From Oscillospiraceae bacterium (GTDB taxonomy: Bacteria; Bacillota; Clostridia; Oscillospirales; Ruminococcaceae): a DNA stretch of 32,774 nucleotides. A model generated the notes under the pieces. The model ran no database searches. It saw only the letters and a list, made by a program, of their open reading frames with translations, and was not told the origin of the DNA. Positions 24,964 through 32,774 of the stretch are shown here, piece by piece (within the stretch, counting starts at the first letter, position 1; each line of letters opens with the position of its first letter). Location of the stretch: positions 1 through 32,774 of the forward strand of contig CAAGDT010000045.1 in NCBI GenBank assembly GCA_900768675.1, in the 5' to 3' direction. The position numbers were made by a program, and so were the translations under genes.

Positions 24964-27900
24964 ATGTTACATATCGGTCTTGACGTAGGTTCAACAACGG
25001 TAAAAATCGCCGTTATCGACGACAACGGAAAATTTGTATATAAAAATTATCAGAGGCACTACTCGGATATAAAGAAAACCCTTGCAGAGGTGCTTCTCGG
25101 AGGGCTTTCAGCAGTAAGCGAGGATACTGTTACTATTGCAGTAACAGGCTCCGGCGGAATTTCTGCTGCAAAATGGCTTGAAATCCCCTTCTTTCAGGAG
25201 GTTTCGGCGGGTGCGGCAGCAATTGAAGCCTTTATCCCTCAGACGGATATTGCAATCGAGCTTGGCGGCGAGGACGCTAAGATAACATACTTAAAGGGCG
25301 GACTTGAGCAGAGAATGAACGGCTCCTGCGCAGGCGGTACAGGCGCTTTTATCGACCAGATGGCGGCGCTTTTAAATACCGACATTACGGGACTTAACGA
25401 GCTTGCAAAGGACTATGAAACTATCTACCCCATAGCCTCCCGCTGCGGCGTTTTCGCAAAGAGCGATATTCAGCCGCTTTTAAACGACGGTGCAAAGAAG
25501 TCGGACGTTGCCGCTTCTATCTTTCAGTCTGTCGTAAATCAGACTATAAGCGGACTTGCCTGCGGTAAGCCCATAAGAGGAAGAGTCGCTTTCCTGGGCG
25601 GTCCTCTTTTCTACCTGTCGGAGCTGAGAAAGCGCTTTATTGAAACTCTTGGCTTAAAGGACGACGAAATTATCTTCCCGCCTGACGCTAATCTTTTTGT
25701 TGCAGCAGGTGCAGCCCTCGCAGACAACAGGGCTGAGGTAAAGACTGCTGAGCTTAAGGAAAAGATTGCTGCCCTCGGAAGCATTACCGTTCACGAGGTT
25801 GAGCGTCTTGCGCCCCTTTTCAAGGACGAGGCGGAAAAGCAGGCGTTTATTGAACGTCACTCAAAAAATGTCGTACCAACAGCAGATTTGTCGAAGCACA
25901 GCGGAAAATGCTATCTCGGTATAGACGCAGGCTCTACAACTACAAAAGCCTGCCTTATAAACGAAAAGGGAGAAATCCTTTATTCCTACTACAACAATAA
26001 CTTAGGCGACCCGCTGAAATCCGTTATCGGCATTTTAAAGGAGATATATTCTCTCCTGCCCAAAGACGCATATATCGCAAAGGCAACTGCCACCGGCTAC
26101 GGCGAGCATCTCATAAAAGCGGCGCTGGGGGTTGACTTCGGCGAGATTGAAACAATGGCGCACTACAAGGCGGCGGAGAAAATCCTCCCCGGAGTTGAGT
26201 TTATCCTTGACATCGGCGGTCAGGATATGAAGTGCATGCGGGTAAAGAACGGGGAAATTCAGAGTATTCTGCTGAATGAGGCTTGCTCCTCCGGCTGCGG
26301 CTCCTTTATCGAGAATTTTGCCGGCGCTCTTGGTATGACAAGCAGAGAATTTGCAAAAATCGGTCTTGAAGCGGAGCACCCTGTTGACCTTGGCTCACGC
26401 TGTACCGTATTTATGAACAGCCGCGTAAAGCAGGCGCAGAAGGAGGGCGCTTCCGTTGCGGATATTTCCGCAGGACTCAGCTACTCCGTAGTAAAGAACG
26501 CCCTTTTCAAGGTTATCAAAATCCGTGACCCTAAGGCTATGGGCGAAAAGATAATCGTTCAGGGCGGAACCTTTATGAACCAGTCGGTTTTAAGGGCATT
26601 CGAGCTTGCCTGCGGCAGAGAGGTTGTACGCCCCGACAAGGCAGGACTTATGGGCGCTTACGGAAGTGCCCTTGTGGCTTTGCAGCGTGACGACGGACAG
26701 GGCTCAACCATTTCAAAGCTTGACGCACTTGAAAACTTCACAATAGAAAAATCCACCGCCCGCTGCGGCAGATGTTCAAACAACTGCCTGCTTACAATAA
26801 GCAAGTTTGCAGACGGAAAGCGGTTTATTACCAATAACCGCTGCGAAAGAGGCGCAGGAACAGGCGCAGGAAAGGCAACCCTGCCAAATATGTACGACTA
26901 CAAGTACAAGCGGCTGTTTGATTACAAGCCCCTGCCCGAAGAAGAGGCAAAAAGAGGAGTTGTGGGACTTCCGAGAGTTCTCGGAATGTACGAAAACTAC
27001 CCATTCTGGTTTACATTCTTTACCGCCCTCGGCTACAGCGTAAAGCTTTCCCCGAAGTCATCAAGGGATATTTACGATATGGGTATTGAAACAATGCCCT
27101 CGGAGTCGGTTTGCTATCCTGCGAAGCTGTCCCACGGACATATTGTTTCTCTCCTTAACGACGGAGTAAAGTTTATTTTCTACCCCTCTCTTACCTACGA
27201 AATGGACAACGGCGGAAAGGGCGACAACCACTATAACTGCCCTGTTGTAGCAACATACAGCGAGGTTATAAAGAACTCCGTGCCGGAGCTTCGGGACGGG
27301 GATGTAAGGTTTATGAACCCCTTCCTGCCTATATACGATAAAAAGGCTATGGCAAGGCGGCTTGTTGAGGAGTTTGTGCCTCTCGGAATAAGCGGCGAGG
27401 AAATCGGAGAAGCCCTTGCAAAGGCTTACGCTGAGGACGCTGCCTTCAAAAAGGATATACGCAAGGAAGGCGAGCGCATCTTAAAGCTCCTTGACGAAAC
27501 AGGCGGAAAGGGTATCGTTCTTGCGGGCAGACCCTACCACGTTGACCTGGAAATCAACCACGGAATCCCCGAAATGATTAACGGCTACGGTTTTGCGGTG
27601 CTTACCGAGGACAGTATTGCCCACTTAGGCGAGCTGCCCCGCCCCATAAGAGTAGTTGACCAGTGGATGTACCACAACAGGCTTTACAATGCCGCAGGCT
27701 TTGTTGGCAAGCGGAAAAACCTGGAGCTTGTGCAGCTGAACAGCTTCGGCTGCGGACTTGACGCAGTTACTACCGACGAGGTTCAGGAGATTTTACAGGG
27801 CTTTGGAAGAATGTACACCCTGCTCAAAATAGACGAGGTTAATAATTTAGGCGCAGCCAGAATAAGACTCCGCTCTCTGATTTCCGTTATGGAGGAGAGA

Positions 27901-29244
27901 GAAAGAAACGGCTATACCTCCGACAGCAGCTATACCGGCTATCAGAAGCCGCCGCTGTTCACAAAGGAAATGCGGGACAGATACACAATTCTTGCTCCCC
28001 AGATGGCGCCCTATCACTTCGAATTCCTTGAAAGCGCATTCAACTATTCGGGCTATAACCTTGTAATTCTTAAGGATTACAGCAAGAAGGTAGTTGATAC
28101 AGGTCTTAAATACGTCAATAACGACGCCTGCTACCCCTCTATTCTTGTTATCGGTCAGCTTATGAACGCTCTTGAAAGCGGGCAGTACGACCTTAGCAAG
28201 ACAGCTCTGCTGATTACCCAGACAGGCGGTGCCTGCCGTGCCACAAACTATATCAGCATGATTAAAAAGGCGCTGGCGGACGGCGGCTACGGGGATACTC
28301 CCCTCCTGTCCCTTAACTTTAACGGAATGGAAAAGCAGCCCGGCTTTAAGATTACTCCCGCTCTTGCGGTGAGAGCATTTATGGGCGTAGTTTACGGCGA
28401 CGTTATCTGCCGCTGTCTGTACCGCGTCCGTCCCTATGAGGCGGAAAAGGGAAGCGCAGACAGGCTTTACGAAAAGTGGAACAAGTATCTGCGTGAAGAC
28501 CTTAAGCATATCAGCTTCAAGCGGTACAAGAACAACATAAGGAAGATTGTTGAGGAATTTGACGCACTGCCGACACTTGATATTGTAAAGCCCCGTGTTG
28601 GTATTGTAGGCGAAATCCTCGTAAAGTACAATCCTATTGCAAACAACGACGTTGTAAGCTTTGTTGAGCAGGAGGGCGCAGAGGCGGTTGTTCCCGACCT
28701 TATGGGCTTTATCTACTTCTTCTGCGACCACGCAAATTCAAGAAAGGAATTTCTTACCGTTTCCGGCGCAAGACATTTCTTCAGCAACAAGGCTATACAG
28801 CTTATTCAGTGGCTTGAAAAGCCCTATTTTGAGGCAATAAAGGGCACAAAGTTCGGCGAATTTATGAAGATTTCCGAGATGAGAAAGCTGGTTGAGGGAA
28901 TAGTTTCGACCTGTAATATTGCAGGAGAGGGCTGGTTCCTGTCGGCGGAAATGCTGGAGCTTATGGAAGAGGGCGTAAACAATATTATCTGTATGCAGCC
29001 CTTTGCCTGCCTGCCCAACCACGTTACCGGAAAGGGAGTTATCGGAGAGCTTCGCAGAAGAAACCCGGAGTCCAACATTATTGCGGTTGACTACGACCCC
29101 GGCGCTTCCGAGGTAAATCAGATTAACCGCATAAAGCTTATGCTTACCCAGGCTGTACGGCAGATTAAGAACAAGAATAATGCGCCTATTGCTCCTGCCG
29201 CAGAGGTTAAGGACGATTATTCCGAGCTGCTGAGCGTAAATTAA
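24964..29244 (+). CDS. Fused CoA-substrate-specific enzyme activase (two BadF/BcrA-type ASKHA domains + DUF2229/2-hydroxyacyl-CoA dehydratase-like region)
   Basis: Two GxDxGSTTxK motifs, [61 protein letters not shown] and QPFACLPNH. Start reassigned to ATG 24964 after GGAAAGG. Confidence 0.9.
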   Translation: MLHIGLDVGSTTVKIAVIDDNGKFVYKNYQRHYSDIKKTLAEVLLGGLSAVSEDTVTIAVTGSGGISAAKWLEIPFFQEVSAGAAAIEAFIPQTDIAIELGGEDAKITYLKGGLEQRMNGSCAGGTGAFIDQMAALLNTDITGLNELAKDYETIYPIASRCGVFAKSDIQPLLNDGAKKSDVAASIFQSVVNQTISGLACGKPIRGRVAFLGGPLFYLSELRKRFIETLGLKDDEIIFPPDANLFVAAGAALADNRAEVKTAELKEKIAALGSITVHEVERLAPLFKDEAEKQAFIERHSKNVVPTADLSKHSGKCYLGIDAGSTTTKACLINEKGEILYSYYNNNLGDPLKSVIGILKEIYSLLPKDAYIAKATATGYGEHLIKAALGVDFGEIETMAHYKAAEKILPGVEFILDIGGQDMKCMRVKNGEIQSILLNEACSSGCGSFIENFAGALGMTSREFAKIGLEAEHPVDLGSRCTVFMNSRVKQAQKEGASVADISAGLSYSVVKNALFKVIKIRDPKAMGEKIIVQGGTFMNQSVLRAFELACGREVVRPDKAGLMGAYGSALVALQRDDGQGSTISKLDALENFTIEKSTARCGRCSNNCLLTISKFADGKRFITNNRCERGAGTGAGKATLPNMYDYKYKRLFDYKPLPEEEAKRGVVGLPRVLGMYENYPFWFTFFTALGYSVKLSPKSSRDIYDMGIETMPSESVCYPAKLSHGHIVSLLNDGVKFIFYPSLTYEMDNGGKGDNHYNCPVVATYSEVIKNSVPELRDGDVRFMNPFLPIYDKKAMARRLVEEFVPLGISGEEIGEALAKAYAEDAAFKKDIRKEGERILKLLDETGGKGIVLAGRPYHVDLEINHGIPEMINGYGFAVLTEDSIAHLGELPRPIRVVDQWMYHNRLYNAAGFVGKRKNLELVQLNSFGCGLDAVTTDEVQEILQGFGRMYTLLKIDEVNNLGAARIRLRSLISVMEERERNGYTSDSSYTGYQKPPLFTKEMRDRYTILAPQMAPYHFEFLESAFNYSGYNLVILKDYSKKVVDTGLKYVNNDACYPSILVIGQLMNALESGQYDLSKTALLITQTGGACRATNYISMIKKALADGGYGDTPLLSLNFNGMEKQPGFKITPALAVRAFMGVVYGDVICRCLYRVRPYEAEKGSADRLYEKWNKYLREDLKHISFKRYKNNIRKIVEEFDALPTLDIVKPRVGIVGEILVKYNPIANNDVVSFVEQEGAEAVVPDLMGFIYFFCDHANSRKEFLTVSGARHFFSNKAIQLIQWLEKPYFEAIKGTKFGEFMKISEMRKLVEGIVSTCNIAGEGWFLSAEMLELMEEGVNNIICMQPFACLPNHVTGKGVIGELRRRNPESNIIAVDYDPGASEVNQINRIKLMLTQAVRQIKNKNNAPIAPAAEVKDDYSELLSVN

Positions 29245-29274
29245 AATAATGTAAATAAAATTTACATAAAACTA

Positions 29275-29303
29275 TTGACAATTTGACGATATTATGCTAT
29301 TAT
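29275..29303 (+). promoter_or_regulatory. Sigma-A promoter
   Basis: TTGACA-N17-TATTAT with extended -10 TG. Confidence 0.65.
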
Positions 29304-29366
29304 AATGATACGGTAAATTTTATTTACACAAAAGTAAAGCCGTAAGAACGAAAGGACGGAATTTAT

Positions 29367-30323
29367 ATGTCAGAAATAAAATTTTCAACAGGCTCTTCCT
29401 CTAAGCCCGCTTCGGGCGGCGACGGAAAGAAATACGGAAAAATCGTTGCAATTGTTGTTATTCTTTTTATTGCATTAGTGGTGCTGTTCAACTGCTTCAC
29501 TATCGTAAACGAAGGCTTTATCGGCGTTAAGTACCGCTTTGGTCAGATTGTAAACGACAGCCTTACCGCAGGTCTTAACTTCCGTATCCCCTTTGTGGAG
29601 GAAATCGAGCAGGTTGATATAAGACAGCAGGTTTACGCTACCACCACCGACGCTTACACCAGCGATACCCAGACGGTACAGGAGCTTAGCCTAAAGCTTA
29701 ACTACTCCTACGATAAAAGCAAGCTTTCCTCCCTTATAAGAGAGGTTGGTATCTCAAACGTTGAGACAAAGCTTTTAGTTCAGAACGTAGCTAAGATTAC
29801 CAAGAACGAAATCGGTAAGGTAAAGGCTGAGGAGCTTGTACAGTCCCGTGCGGACATTCAGCAGAAGATTGAAAACAGCCTTACTCCTATCCTTGCCCAG
29901 AACGGCATTATTGTTGAAGCCTTTGCAATTGAAAATCTTAGCTTTGACGACGCCTTCGAGTCCTCTATACAGGCAAAGGTAATCGCTGCTCAGGACGCTC
30001 TCAAAATGGAGAACAAGACCAAGGAAAAGGAAGAGGAAGCAAAGCAGATTGTTATTCAGGCGCAGGCTGAGGCAGACAGCCGCAAGCTTACCGCAGACGC
30101 ACAGGCTTACGCAATCGAGGTAGTACAGGAAAAGCTTGAAAACAGCCCCAACTACATCGAGTACCTTAAAATAACCAACTGGAATGGCGTACTGCCCCAG
30201 GTTATCGGGGACGGGGTAAACCCCTTTGTAGTACTTGAAGCAGACAGCACAAATGCTGCCGCAAACGGTACTGCAAACAGAAGCAATAACGTCAATAACA
30301 ATGAGGTTGTTGTAACAGAATAA
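29367..30323 (+). CDS. SPFH/prohibitin (band 7) family membrane protein
   Basis: N-terminal TM, GVKYRFG, GLNFRIPFVE, coiled coil AQAEADS and WNGVLPQV. Confidence 0.92.
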   Translation: MSEIKFSTGSSSKPASGGDGKKYGKIVAIVVILFIALVVLFNCFTIVNEGFIGVKYRFGQIVNDSLTAGLNFRIPFVEEIEQVDIRQQVYATTTDAYTSDTQTVQELSLKLNYSYDKSKLSSLIREVGISNVETKLLVQNVAKITKNEIGKVKAEELVQSRADIQQKIENSLTPILAQNGIIVEAFAIENLSFDDAFESSIQAKVIAAQDALKMENKTKEKEEEAKQIVIQAQAEADSRKLTADAQAYAIEVVQEKLENSPNYIEYLKITNWNGVLPQVIGDGVNPFVVLEADSTNAAANGTANRSNNVNNNEVVVTE

Positions 30324-30337
30324 AAGAACAAAAAAAT

Positions 30338-30380
30338 AAGGCTGAGCCGGGCGTTTTTGCGCCGGGCTTAGCTTTGTTTT
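30338..30380 (+). terminator. Imperfect terminator hairpin
   Basis: AAGGCTGAGCCGGGCG...CGCCGGGCTTAGCTTT followed by GTTTT. Confidence 0.5.
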
Positions 30381-30393
30381 AAGGCAATATTGT

Positions 30394-32766
30394 ATGGAAA
30401 GGAAATTATCCCTAATGGACTATAACGAGCTGAAAAAAGCGGCGCTTGAACGGTATTTTTCAAGGACAAACCCCCAGCAGAGAAAGGCGATTTTTAAAAC
30501 TGACGGCGCTGTTCTTATTATTGCAGGAGCAGGAAGCGGGAAAACCACGGTTCTTTGTAACAGAATTGCAAATCTCCTGCTTTTCGGCGACGCTTATGAG
30601 AGCAGCTATGTGCCGCCCATAAGCGCAGACGATATGCAGTTTCTTCGGTTTTACGCCGAGGGAAAATACCCCGACTCCCACGAGGTTATCTGTCATCTCT
30701 CCGACGTTATCGGTCATAACAGAGCAAAGCCCTGGAAAATTCTTGCGGTTACCTTCACAAACAAGGCTGCCACCGAGCTTAAGGACAGGCTTTCGGCTAT
30801 GAACGCTCCTGCGGGAGAGGTATGGGCGGCTACCTTTCATTCCTCCTGCGTTAAAATCCTTCGAAGAAGCATTGAGGCTATCGGTTACAGAAGCAATTTC
30901 GTTATCTACGATACAGACGACAGCAAGCGGGTTATAAAAGCCGTTATGGAGTCCCTTAATATCTCGGAAAAGACCTTCAGCCCCAAGGTTGTTATGAACG
31001 CGATTTCACGGGCGAAGGATAAGCTTATCCCGCCGGATAAATTCCCTGTTTCCTACGGGGATAAGCCGGATTTTCAGCTATCCGCAATACGGGAAATGTA
31101 TATCGAGTATCAGAAAAGGCTTAAAGCTTCAAATGCTCTTGATTTCGACGATATTATTATGAAAACCGTTGAGGTTTTAAAGGCAGACCCCCAGGTTTTA
31201 AGCTACTGGCAGAGCCACTTCGACTATGTAATGGTTGACGAGTATCAGGATACAAATATTGCCCAGTACGAGCTTGTAAAGCTGCTTTCGGGAGGAAAGG
31301 GCAATCTCTGCGTTGTAGGCGACGAGGACCAGTCTATCTACCGATTTCGAGGCGCTACAATCGAGAATATCCTGTCCTTTGAAAAGGAGTTCGACAGCGT
31401 TGTTATAAAGCTTGAGCAGAACTACCGTTCCACCGAAAATATACTGAACGCCGCAAATGCAGTTATAAAGAACAACACCCAGCATAAGGAAAAGAAGCTC
31501 TGGTCAGAGCTTGGGGAGGGAGAAAAGATAAAGGCGTACCGCTTTACCGATGAGCAGGCGGAGGGCGCTTTTGTTGCAGCTGAGATACTTGCCGCAAAGG
31601 CAAAGGGCGGAAAATTCAGCGATAACGCTATCCTTTACCGCAACAACTCCCAGTCCCGAAGCTTAGAGCTTGCCCTTAGCAAGACTGCAATCCCCTATAA
31701 AATCGTAGGCGGTACGAAGTTCTACGACCGCAAGGAAGTAAAGGACGCTCTTGCTTACTTAAGCGTAATCTGCGACCCCTTTGATACCGTGCGGCTTTCC
31801 CGTATCATAAACGAGCCGAAAAGAAGTATCGGCGGGGTTACATGGCAGGAAATCGAGCGGATTTCCCTTTCTCTGGGCATTAGCTGCGTTGAGGTTATGG
31901 AGCGCTGCGAGGAGTTCGTTTCCCTGTCCAAAAAGGCGAAGGTGCTTAAGCCCGTGGGGCAGATGTTCCGTGAGCTTTCGGAAACTGCGGAGGAACGGGA
32001 TATAACCGCTGTTTTTGACGATATTATGGAGCAGTCCGGCTATATGAATATGCTGCTGACTCAGGGGGAAGAGGGACAGACCCGGATTGAGAACATAAAG
32101 GAACTTAAATCCTCCATGATAACCTTTACCGAGGAAAACGAAAACGCAAGCCTTTTTGACTTTTTACAGCAGGTTGCCCTTATCTCCGACCTTGACAGCT
32201 ACGACAGCACCTCCGACCGTGTTTCCCTTATGACAATGCACGCCGCAAAGGGACTGGAGTTTGAGCGGGTATTTATCGTTGGCGCAGAGGAAAATATCTT
32301 CCCCTCATACAGAAGTCTTGCAGACGCCTTTGAGCTTGAAGAGGACAGGCGGCTTTGCTATGTTGCAATAACAAGGGCGAAAAGGGAGCTTTTCATTACC
32401 ACCGCTCAGAGCAGACTTCTCTACGGACAGACCCAGCATAACAGGGTTTCCCGCTTTGTGGGAGAGATACCTTCGGAATATATCGAGTACGAGGATAAGA
32501 CGAAGGGTATGTCGGGAGGCGGTTACTCAAAGCCCCGTACAGCCGACAGCGGCTACCTGCAAAGGCATACTGCACCTAAATCGGAAGAAGCGGCGGAAGT
32601 ACAGAGCTTTTCGGCGGGAGAGCGTATTCATCACAGGACCTTCGGCGACGGAACAGTGCTTACAGCAATGCCGCTGGGGAACGATACTCTGCTTGAAATA
32701 AGCTTTGATACCTCCGGAACGAAGAAGTTAATGGCTAAATTCGCAAAAATTTCTAAAATTTCATAA
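30394..32766 (+). CDS. pcrA: ATP-dependent DNA helicase PcrA/UvrD
   Basis: AGAGSGKT, TFTNKAA, VDEYQD, GDEDQSIYRFRGA, LEQNYRS, TMHAAKGLEF and YVAITRA motifs plus a C-terminal Tudor-like tail. The start may instead be ATG 30415. Confidence 0.96.
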   Translation: MERKLSLMDYNELKKAALERYFSRTNPQQRKAIFKTDGAVLIIAGAGSGKTTVLCNRIANLLLFGDAYESSYVPPISADDMQFLRFYAEGKYPDSHEVICHLSDVIGHNRAKPWKILAVTFTNKAATELKDRLSAMNAPAGEVWAATFHSSCVKILRRSIEAIGYRSNFVIYDTDDSKRVIKAVMESLNISEKTFSPKVVMNAISRAKDKLIPPDKFPVSYGDKPDFQLSAIREMYIEYQKRLKASNALDFDDIIMKTVEVLKADPQVLSYWQSHFDYVMVDEYQDTNIAQYELVKLLSGGKGNLCVVGDEDQSIYRFRGATIENILSFEKEFDSVVIKLEQNYRSTENILNAANAVIKNNTQHKEKKLWSELGEGEKIKAYRFTDEQAEGAFVAAEILAAKAKGGKFSDNAILYRNNSQSRSLELALSKTAIPYKIVGGTKFYDRKEVKDALAYLSVICDPFDTVRLSRIINEPKRSIGGVTWQEIERISLSLGISCVEVMERCEEFVSLSKKAKVLKPVGQMFRELSETAEERDITAVFDDIMEQSGYMNMLLTQGEEGQTRIENIKELKSSMITFTEENENASLFDFLQQVALISDLDSYDSTSDRVSLMTMHAAKGLEFERVFIVGAEENIFPSYRSLADAFELEEDRRLCYVAITRAKRELFITTAQSRLLYGQTQHNRVSRFVGEIPSEYIEYEDKTKGMSGGGYSKPRTADSGYLQRHTAPKSEEAAEVQSFSAGERIHHRTFGDGTVLTAMPLGNDTLLEISFDTSGTKKLMAKFAKISKIS

Positions 32767-32774
32767 TAAAATCC

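Noticed and set aside
27847..28731. Long antisense ORFs (e.g. 27847-28731, 5570-6223, 22819-23502, 1260-1868)
   Set aside because: They are shadows opposite well-supported genes, with no recognisable motifs or SD.

Overview
Chromosomal window from a spore-forming, flagellated Clostridia bacterium. Gene content and repeat style suggest Oscillospiraceae/Ruminococcaceae (inference). Left to right it holds: (1) a minus-strand accessory module of two Thr/Glu-rich lipoproteins with a duplicated 5' leader and signal peptide, then an ECF sigma factor and a membrane anti-sigma-like gene; (2) a sigma-28-driven late flagellar operon, flgM-flgN-flgK-flgL-(DUF6470-like)-fliW-csrA-fliD-fliS-(FlgN/FliT-like), with enlarged, internally repeated FlgL and FliD and no flagellin; (3) an amidohydrolase, a DUF4234-like membrane protein and dipicolinate synthase spoVFAB; (4) a minus-strand operon, DUF1858-trmK-nif3-rqcH-valS-hypothetical; (5) a small Gly-rich membrane protein, a large fused CoA-substrate activase, an SPFH protein and pcrA. 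No rRNA, tRNA, CRISPR array or transposase was seen. The best leads are a two-state RNA structure that can sequester the SD in the ECF sigma leader, the lipoprotein pair with a conserved leader but unrelated payload domains, a shared candidate ECF promoter motif, the repeat-expanded FlgL/FliD, and several palindromic REP/MITE-like intergenic elements with C-GAA-G mini-hairpins.
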